64,000 nt of DNA, from contig JBLDXI010000007.1 in NCBI GenBank assembly GCA_047495785.1, forward strand, positions 4,216,001-4,280,000. Direction: 5' to 3'. This DNA is from Lepidodermella squamata (lineage: Eukaryota; Animalia; Gastrotricha). A program made the translations under genes and the position numbers. The notes beneath the pieces are model-generated. The model searched no databases and was not told the DNA's origin. It saw only the letters and a program-made list of their open reading frames with translations. Positions 37,075 to 49,777 of this stretch are shown one piece after another; position 1 is the stretch's first letter, and every line of letters starts with the position of its first letter.

Positions 37075-37602
37075 TCAATGAATGTATATTTCCGTGACTC
37101 CCGAATTCGTCGCATGATCACGAACGGCATATCCCATCGCTTGAGCCCAATCGCGAATAGGCTGTTTCAAAACTGAATAACCAAAATCGTTATGAAGTCC
37201 GCGGCCGTGATTAACTCCAAACCAGCCGAACTGACGCTGAATCTTTGCCAGGCGGATACATTCTTCCAAATAGCTGATCGCTTCGTTAACATTCTTGCGG
37301 TGAACTTCGATAAATTGTCGACTGACATCCCGCGAAGCATCTGATCGATATCGTTGCTCTGCTAGGCTTGATGACGGTATATACGCGCCTGTTAATGACA
37401 TAGAGTCAGAAGTCGAACGTATCGGGTGCGTTATGTTACTTGAGGAAGGCCTTATTGGCTGTGGAGTCACATGGTCATAATTGATTTGGCTTGAGTATTG
37501 CGGCTCATTCAATCGATTCGCGCCTCGGGATATTAGCCTCACACATTTGAAAGCTAATACAACGAAAAGCGCAAATATGATGAGAAAAACAAATAAAACC
37601 AT
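37075..37602 (-). CDS. Small Smr (MutS2 C-terminal-like) domain protein with an N-terminal hydrophobic anchor
   Basis: IEVHRKNVNEAISYL...VNHGRGLHNDFGYSVLK...NSG matches the Smr pattern (DLHG..V.EA; TGRG.HS; N.G). Residues 1-18 are hydrophobic. Confidence 0.7.
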   Translation of the reverse strand: MVLFVFLIIFALFVVLAFKCVRLISRGANRLNEPQYSSQINYDHVTPQPIRPSSSNITHPIRSTSDSMSLTGAYIPSSSLAEQRYRSDASRDVSRQFIEVHRKNVNEAISYLEECIRLAKIQRQFGWFGVNHGRGLHNDFGYSVLKQPIRDWAQAMGYAVRDHATNSGVTEIYIH

Positions 37603-38069
37603 TGAAACCGTGAATTTTCTGACATTGAGGCTGAAATAAGCACCCGGCTAGGACTGCTAGGACTGCTAGGAATATGACCCGAAAACATTTTTCACACGGT
37701 GACGCTAGTCGACTCCAAAACCTGACAAATGTCATTTTTCATGATGGCGTCGATTCCCCGCAACACTGCTTTAACATGTGGAAGTATCGCTCATGTCCCG
37801 TGGCAGAGCGAGTGAGGTCATTTGTTAAATCTATAAAATCCTTCTTCACACCATACGATGCACTGGTTTATTTTGGAATGCTGGTTTTTCAGTCACTATG
37901 AAGTGGAATTTTCCGAACCCACCACCATCGGGATTAGAGAGGGAAAAGGAACTAGCACAGGCTGTTTCAGAATATATACCATTAGCGACGGAAAATTGCC
38001 AGGGGTCAAAAACATTAGAACTGTCAAAGAAATCAAATTAAAATCAGAATCGATTAAAAATCAGCACGA

Positions 38070-40374
38070 TCAGTTGATAGCTGTAGTTTGGAAGCTGGAA
38101 CGCGAAGTGAAATCCGTCGAATTATCACTGCGGCGTATGTACACGTCATTGTTCGACTCGACATACAGAAAAAACCCGGGATAGTTGACGGACTCATAGG
38201 CCACCCCAGTCCCCTGTTTCTTTTCGCAGAATGTCGCATCATTAGCCAGCCACCACTGGCTGCCATCGTTCGGATAAACCTCAATTCTGAAGCTGTAGTG
38301 GCGCAAGAAATGGTTCGGTCTGTTGACTGATTCGAAGGAAGTGCAACGCCCTGCTAAACCAGTCACTTTCTTCCACTGGAAATCTTTATTCGAGCTAGGA
38401 TTAGCCTGAGCGTCACTTCTTACGTAGTTATTTTGGTGGCGAAGAGCATGGGAGCTCGCGAGTTTTGAAACGGGACGTATCACCCAGATGTCACCGGTTT
38501 TTGCCGGCCAGGCTCGCGGGGCAAGGGCTGTAACTTCAACCGGCTGGCTCGTCAGATTAGCCCCGTGAAGCGGGTCTCTCACATTATTCGAGTCGAAAAT
38601 CCCGCAGAAAGCTCCCTGGGTTACAGCTTCGTTTGATGCATGCATCTCAACATCACCATAAATCTTAACCGTTCCACCAAGGGTAGTTCCATACGATAAT
38701 CCCATGGCTAAGATATTCCGAACTTGGGCGCTTCCGTTGACAGTCAACTCCTGATCAAGCTGCGTGAGCCCACCAACGATTGCCTTATCGGTGACCTTAC
38801 CATTCCATACTGTTGCGTAGTTTTCTATTCTCGCGTTCCCTGAAACTTTCCCACCCATGACTGAAGCCGTTTTTGCGACGTAGGCCGACGCAGAAACTAT
38901 CGCATCTTCGGCAACCCAGCCGCCGCCGTTCGCGTGAAACCGGCCGTTTCCAGGAGAGGGTTTGTAGTTCGCCTGGAACCCATCTGGACGAGCGTTCGTC
39001 AGTTGGACCATATATGGGAATCTGTAGATAGTATGGTACTTCTGGTCCCAGAATATCCTGTGAAACACATCGGGAGCTGCTGTGACGGCCAAGTAGACAT
39101 CGTCTCCCCGCTGCACGCTGAAGGTCAGCTCGCCATCTTTGCCGGATTTCAACTCGCTGTATCGTGATCGTCCGCTGCTGTTAATAGCGACCAAACCCCA
39201 TCGCCAGTTCGAGGCGGGCGGATCAGCGACCGTAGCGTCATTTTCATAGCCTGGCTCGTTGATTCGACTTCCGTATTCAGCATTGGGGACCTTGCTATCC
39301 TGAACCACTCCTCGGAATTTGACAGTGACTTGAGTAGCCCCAGCATCAGGGATGAGCCTGACCAAGTTGTAGCCATAGCGCTGCGGGGCGAAGTAGTCTG
39401 AAACAACGTATTTCCTCGAAGCCGCATCGATTGCCTCTAGTCTAGCCAGGCGATTGCGTTTCTGTGCTGAATAGCTATCGGTATTGTTGCCATAGACACG
39501 TCTGAAGTCGGCGCCGCGATCGTAGCCGTCCTGCCCATCGATGTAGTCCCAATTGACGTTTTTCATCGCGAAATGGCCAAACTCATCGCCGAGTTGCTGA
39601 ATCGACCAGCCGTTGTTCTTCATGAGGGTTTCGATCGGGTCTTGATTGAAAATGTTGTCAGTTTTCTCGAAAATGTCATTTACAATTTTGAAGCTGTACT
39701 TGTCCTGAAATTTAGCTTTGTTGCAGACTGAAAATCATGTCGTCTATACTACATACCTTGAGATAGTTCCAGAACTGCCAGTTGCAGTAGCGATTTCGAG
39801 TGCTACCGAAGTAGATATGCGGGTTCCAGGCTAGGCTCGCCGAGCAGAGGACTTTGTCTGTTTGCTCAGGGTATTGAGAAGCCATGAAATCGGCGTGCGA
39901 CTCCCACATCCAGCCACAGTAGATGCCGTTTCTCATTCCTCGTGTTGAGTACTGCATTGAATGCGTGAATTCGTGCGCCATTCCAATATAGCTGAAATCA
40001 ACTAATTCCCCACTCCCGACCCACATAGCTTGGGTCCTATCACCCTGACCCGCCCCGGCAAGGCCCCAACCCTCGTCGGTGTAGATTTGCGCCTTGTACT
40101 TGATAGCCGAGTCGCAGAATGGTTCGGTCCAGTTGACGGGTGGTGACATGAACCAACGCCAGAGGGTTTCCATTTTATCGAGGGCATTTTTAACCTGAGA
40201 GTCGTTTAGCAGGGTTTTCTCAGCTGGCCATCGAAGTTGGAAATGATCACTCTCAGCTTTGACTGGGAAAGGGTTTGTCAGTTCGCTGTCCGGAGGAGTT
40301 ATCCAAGCGCCTGGTAAGCAACTGCTTGCAACCAAAGCAGGGAAAATAGCCACGAAAGTAGAACGAAAAAACAT
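38070..40374 (-). CDS. Secreted bacterial-like Svx/AvrXca (DUF6055-like) zinc metallopeptidase with left-handed beta-helix repeats and a C-terminal AbfB/CBM42-like domain, 2 exons
   Basis: Signal peptide, AHEFTH and WMWESHA motifs, hexapeptide repeats GGGWVAEDAIVSASAYV..., and AbfB-like GLAG..SFESVN.PNHFLRH..DATF. One 52-bp phase-0 intron at 39756-39705. Confidence 0.75.
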
Positions 40375-41099
40375 TATCAAATATACGATACTTCTTTTAG
40401 TAGAACTGTCGGATTATACGATACTGAGATTGTATTTATAAGCTGAGGTTATTTACATTACCACACGCAGCTGTTTTCCGTGGCTAATAAGTGTAACTAG
40501 AACGCCAATAGTCAGACGAACCCGTTATTTGCAGACGATAGTTCTAGATTTCAGGATTTCTAAGTGCACGAATTTCAAGTGCAGATTTTAATAGTCTAAC
40601 ACATAAAAACGGACATTTTATAGACTATTACAGGCTCAGTTTTATGGTGGAGCAAGCCCGAATAAACCGTCTAATTTGAATGTCGTTGATTCTTCGCAAG
40701 ACTGCTGAAAGCTGTAAAAGTATTACTCACGTAGAGCAGGCAAGAACTTTCAAGCCGATCTCATTTGTGTGACCAGTGATCCTTCCCTTCATGCAATACA
40801 AACCTTGGTCACACATTAGTGCGTTTTGGTTACAGTGGGTTAAAGGTTAAACATTATTCCTGTATACGAGAGACAGTAATTACGCATCTGTTTGGGAAAG
40901 AAATGACGCCCACAAAAAAGCTGCGCCCACGCATAATTCCCTAGATCCTGGATCGGCTAGCTGTTCACTCAACCGCCCACAACAAATCAGCGTAGCGATT
41001 GCATTTAGGAGCCGCCATTAGGGCCCACCTCGCTAATTATTTCCTCGTTTTGACCGCTTAGAGCAGTCACCACATGCACGCACGGTACAGATTATCAAA

Positions 41100-43737
41100 A
41101 TGGACAAATTTTACCTTTGCTTCGCAATAGTTTCAGTTCAGCAAATAGGTGAGCTGCAAATCGTAATTTCGGAATCCAAGTTATAGTTTGCGATTCCCAC
41201 ATAGCTGCACTTGTCACTCCTGTCCCAGACACGACTACATTTCCTTTGCCATACCTGTACGCAGGATCGCCGACCTATGACAAATTTGTTTCGTTCGACA
41301 AATCAAATTCGAGCGTGGAAGGGGGTACGATTTTCACGCTGTACGGCAACGCATACAGTCTCGCCGATTCGTACCAAGTCGCTAGCATTAATGAAACATT
41401 CGACTACGGCCGAATATCAGCCGATAACGTAAGTAAAGCGGTACTGTGCAGGGAATTTTTTGAAATGGAAGAATTTATTATGGGAGAAACCTGTAAAACT
41501 TAAACCTCACATTTGAATTCCAGTACACGGATGCCACGGCTTTGAATTGGAGGGCGGAAATGGATATAACTGCGATTTACAACGCAACTTACAACAGCAC
41601 AACCCCGGCACTTTTCAGCGCGATGTTATCAGCTAAATCTCTCGTTTACGCAGGTTAGTCCCCATTGGAATTTAGCCAACAATAAGTAAAAATAACGTTT
41701 TGCAGTGGGACCGACGGGACGGCCGGACTCTTTCAGCAATTTCCAGGGCCTATCAGTATTTCAAGAGTTGATAACCGGGGGCAGGATGCTAATTTTGTAT
41801 TCACCAAACACGACCAACACGACTTGCCAGGCGCCTTGCTCGCCTATTCTAGCCACGTCGACTAGCGGCTGCGGAACCGGGCTTTTCGATTCGTCGGGAC
41901 TTGCTGTCTATCGGCTGATATTGCAGGTCTACGGAGAAAGCCTCACTGTAGCCATGGCGCCGTTGAGCACTCTGCAGGCACACATTTGCGTTGATTCTCT
42001 AAATATCTCTGGAATGAACGCCGTGTGGGCGAGTGGGACCGTAAAGCTGCGGATCAATAACTTCCTCAACTACCAGCAGGGGCATATTCTGATCAAGAAC
42101 TTTTACTTCTGGAAATTGGCAGCAAGCGGTTCAACTTCTTCTACTACAACGATTTCTACGTCAACTGGATCAATTGTTTTAACGATGAGTTCGAGTAAAA
42201 CAATTTCACCAGCTAGTGCTGCTCAAACAGCTAGTTCAAGTACCGCAGTTTCATCAACCAGCGCATCGAGCACTTCTCTAGGAAGCACCACCTCGACCTC
42301 AACGAGCACAACAACAACGACTTTGGCAGCACTAGTGTCGAGCTCAACAACGAGTCAAACTACAGCTGCAAATACCCCTGCAGCTTCGATCTCCACTTCT
42401 ACGAAAAGCTCAACAACCACACCAATTACAGCGAGCTCCGGCTCTGCAACGGCTAATTTTACATCAACGGGGTCAACCTCTACTACTTCGTCGAACCCGA
42501 GTATGGGTGCGACGGATTCTATGACAACAGCAGCAAGTGCGAGGACCTTTGATTTCACATCGAACAGTTCGGCATTCGCCATTCCAAGCCTAATCGATGG
42601 AAATCTCATTCCGCTGATCAAAATTGATGACATAAAAACCTGCGATTTTCTAGACCCTGCTAATAGGTAAGTAGTATACTCAAGAGTTTTCTAAATTTGG
42701 GCATTCCTTAAATAAAAGAGTAAACCGTCTATAGGTCACCTGGAATCGGTACGTTGGTTTTTTTGACATTCAAAATGGATCGACTTCACGAAATCGATGC
42801 CCAAGCTCGGCAAATAGCCATATCTGGCAGTGTCGTAGTTCAGTGGGTCGTTCGAACGTGCTCACAAGAAACAACGGCGCCGAATGTGGGAGATGCGGAA
42901 CGCGTCTACACTGTTGACAGGCGACAATTGTGGGTGCCGAGCATGAGGTTCACGAATACAACGAGTGACGTCTACATGGAAAACGGCTTCAAAGAACAGC
43001 TACATGTCGTATACTACCCAACAACCCCGAATCGAACGCTGTTTTTCCACTGGATGCGATTTGGTATCGTGACATCCAAATGCTTCTTGAAGCTGAGAAA
43101 GTTTCCATTTGACTCGCAAACTTGCGACTTTACTTTCGCCCTCGACGAATCCGAAAAATTTGTGAATTTTGGAGGTAAGATTCTTTCGATCTCTGGCACT
43201 TTCGACAGCGAATTGTGGGAGTTGAAATGGACAGAAGCTGAGTCTGGAATTGCAACATCTCTGCTGAGGGAGAACGGGACATCCGGATTCACACGATTCA
43301 CTGTGGCCTTTGCTCGCAAGCCGATTCCGTATCTCATCAACTCGTTGGCACCTTGCTCTATTCTCATGGCTCTTGGGTTCGCTTCACTTATCTTCCAGCC
43401 AGACTTTCCCGATCGGCCAGCATTTGCTGGCATGCTTCTACTCAGCATGATTGTCATTCAGTCGGATGTTTTACAGCTGATACCTGATACCTCAGAGCCC
43501 GTTCTCATGGCAGAGTACATCCTGATCTTATCTGGTCTAACTGGGATGATTGCCCTATATGAAACGGTGATGTTCGCGGCGACTGTTAAATACCCAGCTC
43601 TCATGTCGAAGGCGATCAAAGTCGCTATCGGGCCGGCTAAATTGTGCTTTGCTCGGGCTCTGGACCTGGCTGCATTTTTCATCTACTTCGACGTTTTCCT
43701 AGTTATCAACATCTACGCAGTTTTGGTTGCATTCTGA
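41100..43737 (+). CDS. Lectin-headed pLGIC, subtype C copy 1 (one lectin-like domain, long Ser/Thr stalk)
   Basis: The N-domain resembles subtype A domain 1 (PDTTTFPLPY; SGCGTGLFDSSG...RLILQV). Junction PANR|SPGI. Cys-loop CFLKLRKFPFDSQTC. Confidence 0.78.
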
Positions 43738-44631
43738 ATGGATGATGCTTGCGGTAATATTCAGATATTCCGAGTGAAACAAGGAACCTGACGTACATTC
43801 GATTATTTTTTTGACTCAGTGAATGTTGCGAAATCACAGCAACCTGTCCTCATAGCCACAGTAGTTCCGCTCGTATAGCTAAGCACGTGAAGTATTTGAA
43901 TACTTGAGTATGTGAGTTTAATATTGTATAAATGATTAAATAAAATGTTGTTGATTGTCGATCTGCGATGACTACGATGCGCCAACCTTTTGTCAATCGC
44001 AATTCACATGGCAGAAATAACAAGAGAGAAGAAGCTAATAACTAATTCCAGAACCTTGAAACGTTGCGCCATCGAGCAGCAGTCAGCAGTGAAGGATGCA
44101 GGTTTCTTGGCGAATTGGGAGGTTTTGATCGCGACGCAGAGCGATTAAGTGAACACCACTCAGTCAACGGTTGCTATCTTTATACCTAGGGTATACATTT
44201 GCGATGTATTATTAAACCTTGTGGTCATTAATTTCTTTTTTTTCACGCAGGACCAGATATTTCCACGGCTTTCAAAGGAGCTTGATGACAATAATTCAAT
44301 AATTTAGGAGATTTTGCGGCAGTAACAGGTTCCAGGCACACATGTTTACATTTGTCCACGCAAGCTAATCAAAAGTTCCATTTCTGTTAATTTTTGAAAG
44401 CAGACATTCGCCTAAATTTTGTGGGGTGCAGACCACGTCGAATTTAAGCAGAGGCGTGATTGCAAATTGTAAGCATTGCAGTTTTTCATCGACTCTGAAA
44501 CAGATTGGCGTCTGTCGTAGCGCTTGCTTTTAAAAGCCATTAACGCTATTAGAGCTAAACATTGTTTTGCCACCCTGGCTACAGTTCGTCTAACTTTTCA
44601 TCATCATTTAGTTTAGAGTGCGATAGCAAAT

Positions 44632-47279
44632 ATGAAGAAACTTGTGCTCTGCTTCGTGCTAATTCTAGCACGCGAAATTGGTCAGTTGTCTCCTGTCTCC
44701 TAACTTTCGGAAATTAAGATGTATTCTCTTGATCGATTTCAGTTGCCCTAATTACCCCTGTACCAGATACCACGACATTCCCGTTCCCGTCATTGTTCAA
44801 CGGAACGGCAGTGTACGATAAAACGGTCTCTTTCGACAAATCAAATGCAAGCGTGGATGGGAATACTACCTTCATTCTATACGAGAATGCCTACACCCTA
44901 AGCGACTCCTTTCAGGTTGGGGACATGTATAACTCCACAGACTTTGGTCGAATATCCGCAAATGAAGTAAGAGATGGCAAGTGGTTTAGTAACATGTATT
45001 GCAATTTCCTTCGTAGGGCATTGATAAGACTGCGTTAGACTGGAGGGCTGAGTTGGATGTATTTTCTTTCTACAATGGATCCTACTCGAGCTCAACTCCA
45101 GCACTGTTCAGTGTTTTGCTATCGGCAAATCACATGTACTACGCGAGTAGGTTCAGTTAGAAAATTTCCCTTTATTCGTAATTTCCCGACCTTTTGCAGA
45201 CGGCTCTTCTGGACGTATGGATTCCATACTGTATTTCCAGGGTTTCGCCTTATTTCAAGAATTGATGAACGGCGGAAAGATGACAGTGTCTTACAATGCT
45301 ACTAAGACGTCAATCTACTGCGACGTGCCGTGTTCGCAGGTTGTAGCCGTATCTACCCCTGGTTGTGGTTCCGGCCTTTTCGACGCGTCTGGCAATGCTG
45401 CGTATCGACTTTTCATTCAGGAGTTCGGAGAAAAGCTGACTATAGCTATCGCCCCGCTCAGCAATTTACAGGCTCAGATTTGCATCGACAGCATGAACAT
45501 CAGTGGCATGAATGCAGTCTGGTCCAGTGCGTCTGCTTTAAAGCTGAGGATCAATAGCTTTCGAAACTACCTGCAGGGATATAGCCTAGTGAAAAATTTC
45601 TACTTCTGGAAATTGGCTACTGCTACGACTACGACCTCTACTACTACTACTTCTACGACTACTACTACTAAATCATCCTCAGCAGCTTCAACTGCTTCAA
45701 GCTCTACAACATCGACCGCCTCAGTTCCGACGACGTCATCGTCAAGTACCACAAGTCAAGCGACTTCAAGTGCCACTACTACAACAGTTAAGACTACTAC
45801 TACTACTGCAGCATCCACGGCAACATCAGCTGTAGTAACATCAATGGCTGCAACAACTCCTGTATCTGTAACTTCGGCCAGCACGGCACAAACTTTTACA
45901 ACGTTAGTATCTGGGAAAACAACTTCATCGTCCACTGCAACGTCAGCCTCAACCCAGGTTGTGTCTGGTACGACGGACGCAACTGCGGCAACGGCAGCGC
46001 CTAGGACGTATGACTTTTCAACGAACAGCTCGGAGTTTTCGATTCCGAGCCTGATCGATGGCAACATCATTCCGCTGATCAAAGTCGATGATCTGAAACC
46101 TTGCCAATTCTTGGACGTTGCTAACAGGTTCTAATTTTTCTCAGTTCACAACTTGAAAATGGCTTCAAAATAACCAGCTTCGAGAAATCGATTTTATAAG
46201 ACTTACAAAAATTAGTAGTTCTTAGCTGTAAACCTATTTGTCAATTGTCTTATTCAAATCTGACCCCTATACCTAGATCACCCGCGGTCGGAACGCTGCT
46301 GTTTCTGACTCTTAAAATGGACCGGCTTCACGACATCGATGCCCAAGCTCGGCAAATCGCTATATCCGGGAGTGTGGTTGTTCAGTGGATTGTCAAAAGT
46401 TGCCCGAGCGAAACGACAGCCCCGAATGTCGATGAAGCTGAGCGAATTTACACGGTTGACCGGCGTCAGCTCTGGGTACCAAGCATGCGATTTACAAACA
46501 CGACAACCGACGTGTATATGGAGAATGGCTTCAAAGAGCAGCTACATGTCGTATACTACCCAACAACTCCAAATCGTACGCTGTTTTTCCACTGGATGCG
46601 ATTTGGCATTGTGAGATCGAAGTGCTTCTTGAAGTTGAGGAAATTCCCATTTGACTCGCAAACATGCGACTTTACTTTCGCCCTCGATGAAGCCGATAAA
46701 TTCGTTACGTTTGGAGGCAAGATTCTTTCGATATCAGGGACCTTCGAAAGCGAGTTGTGGGTACTGATGTCAACGGACGCTGAGTCAGGAATTACCACTT
46801 CGTTACTGCGAGAGAACAGTACCTCGGCATTCACTCGATTCACGGTGGTTTTCGCGAGAAAGCCGATTCCTTATCTCATAAACTCATTAGCACCCTGTTC
46901 GATTCTCATGTCTCTTGGGTTCTCGTCACTGATATTCCAGCCAGATTGCCCTGACCGACCAGCTTTCTCAGGAACGCTGCTTCTAAGCATGATAGTTATT
47001 CAATCAGATGTTTTACAGCTTATTCCTGATACTTCAGAGTCTGTCCTCATGGCAGAGTACATTCTGATTCTTTCTGGTCTCACTGGGATGATCGCCTTAT
47101 ATGAAGCGGTGATGTTCGCGGCGACTGTTAAATACCCAGCTCTCATGTCGAAGGCGATTAAAATTGCCATCGGGCCGGCTAAATTGTGCTTTGCTCGGGC
47201 TCTGGACCTGGCTGCATTTTTCATCTACTTCGACGTTTTCCTAGTTATCAACATCTACGCAGTTTTGGTCGCATTTTGA
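44632..47279 (+). CDS. Lectin-headed pLGIC, subtype C copy 2
   Basis: Close paralog of the 41100 gene. Junction VANR|SPAV uses a weak GTTCTA donor. Confidence 0.76.
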
Positions 47280-48000
47280 AAGTATTTTCATGATGCCTTT
47301 TGGACAAACACTTGTTTAAGCTTATCGATTTCTTTGTTTTTTAATGTCACTAGGCTTGATAAATGTTGTGAGTATTTTCACCTTATCAGTCATTATAATC
47401 CAACATTCACCAAAATTCCAATCATCCAGGGTGGATGTGAACCTTATTTTGTGAATCAATTAGGTGTAAATCATGTGATGAATAAAATGTGTTCTTTCGC
47501 CAATCCTGATGGAAACATTTTTATCGGGCTTCATTTCGTACTACCCGGGAAGGATTTTCACATAGGGCGAGAAAAGAGCGAATTTATGTCCCAATTACAA
47601 AACAACCAGACAACAAATGCGACGTATCTGCTTCAGATACAACACTAATCTATGTAAATCTGATTCTTGTATCTATTATCTAGGTGCTCGTTTCCATAAT
47701 GTAAATGGCAACACAAACAGCAGGACGTAGTAGCCAACACTTTGCCGGCTCTATTTTCGGCTAAAACGCACGAGTAACCTCTCGAGGGATACTGTTTAAA
47801 CTGATATATAACTAGCAGTGGATGATAAGATAAATTTTTGACCCACTAGACCTAAAATACCATGAAATAAATGACATTTCCAAGCCTTTTTAGCCTCATT
47901 TTATTAGGTTCAATATTTTGCGTTTTTGTTCACGTGCTTCCAAGATTTGTTCGAATTTTTTTTACGCTCATTCATGTTTTTCTTTATTGTAGCATAAATT

Positions 48001-49777
48001 ATGAATAAGCTGTTCATACTTGTCATTTTTTCTTGCTTGTCCTCCGCCCAACTGACCGAAGGTATGATGTTGCACGAAATTAAAAGAAATTAAATTACCC
48101 TCATTTTTCTAGCTTTATGGCCGAGAGTTACTGACATCAGCAGCAGTGTCGAGCTATCAAATCATCGCCCCATTACTGTTATCAATCAACAGCATCGAGG
48201 TCCAACTTAAATGTGCCCCTCTTCAATTTTTTATGTGAAAGTTTAGATGATGCCAGTTCTCTGATCGACTACTTCACGAACGGACAAGGCAAAGGCCAAA
48301 CCTACTCGTGGCTCGCCTATCTCTGCGACACATACGGCAATCGCTACGCACCAGGCCCTCAGTTCGACGTAGCCGCTCAATACTTAGTCAAAGAATTGCA
48401 AGCAATCGGCGTCGACAAAGTCTGGACCGAATTGGCGCCGTTGGTTCCAAACTGGTTCCGCAACGTGAAAACTGGCGAAAATGAGGAAGCTGTCCTGTTA
48501 TCACCAAGGCAACACGTTATACCTATTCTACCCCTCGGAAATTCCACTGCAACCCCTTTCGGCGGAATCACAGCTGATGCGATAGTTGTCCGGTCTTTCG
48601 ACGAGTTGCACGCCCTGCCAGATTCGCAGGTTGAAGGCCGCATTGTAGTCTACAACCAACCATGGCTGGGTTCCTACGACCAAACTGTGCTGTACCGAGG
48701 CCACGGGGCAACGGAAGCTGCGAAGAAAGGAGCTGTCGCAGCGCTGATTCGAAGCGTAACACCCCAGTCACTGTACACGTTGCATACTGGCTGGAACGAC
48801 TACGTGATGAACGATTCGAGTCTGCAAATCCCGGTCGCTAGCATCACGGTGGAGGACGCTGAGTTGCTGTGGCGGCTGCAAAATGACGGTAAGCAGCTTC
48901 AAATCCTGCTGAAAATCAACACTGTCAACTACGGCTACATCGCCAAGCCCAATGTGATTGCTGAAATTACCGGCAGCCAGTATCCTGATGAGATGGTCCT
49001 ATTCGGTGGCCATCTCGACTCGTGGGACGTCGGCCAGGGTGCGATGGACGATGGCGGTGGTGTTGCGATTACGTTTCAATCATTGAAGGCGATTAAAGCT
49101 CTTGGCTTGAAGCCGAAACGTTCGATTCGAGCTGTTTTCTGGACGGGGGAGGAATTCGACTACGTTGGCTCGGCAGCTTATTACGACGCTCACAAGGTAA
49201 AAGGCGGTTAAGCTCTTCCGTGAAAGTTCATGCTATCTTATTTATGCAGACTGAAGCTCCAAAAATCAGCTTGGTGATGGAATCCGATTCCGGAACCTTC
49301 ACCCCACTTGGTTTCCATTATGCTGGTACACCATTCGATCAATAGCTGTTCGAATTGTTAAGATTTTGATTTTTCAGGCAATTCGAACGCTCAGGCTATC
49401 TTGCAGCAAGTTATGCAGCTGCTTGCACCGATAAATGCGACGCAGCTACCGAAGGATGGCGGTGAACCTGGCGATCCAGCGCCGTTTGTCGACAATGATG
49501 GCGTGCCTGGCGTTGAGCTTATGACTAAGAATGGTAAGTGATCGCGAATTCATTGTTTAGGGTGTCATGGGAACATCTACTCGATTTCGATGAAATTCGG
49601 ACTTGTCGAACTAATGATATTTCTTCTAATGCAGACAAGTATTTCTGGTACCACCATACCGATGCTGATACTATGACACTGCACAACTCAAGCGACCTGG
49701 ACGCCTGCGCTGCCGTTTTCTCAACTGTCGCGCTAACCGTCGCCAATCTCGACAACCTATTGCCACATGGCCACTGA
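48001..49777 (+). CDS. CPQ: Carboxypeptidase Q (plasma glutamate carboxypeptidase, M28 family), multi-exon
   Basis: GGHLDSWDVGQGAMDDGGG, WTGEE, ESDSG and YFWYHHTDADTM motifs. Signal peptide at 48001. Confidence 0.9.

Noticed and set aside
7288-47279. Prokaryotic interpretation (operon, CRISPR array, or bacterial Pro-loop pLGIC)
   Set aside because: Spliceosomal introns, a true Cys-loop disulfide and eukaryotic tRNAs are present. The repeats are paralogous genes and coding microsatellites, not repeat-spacer arrays.
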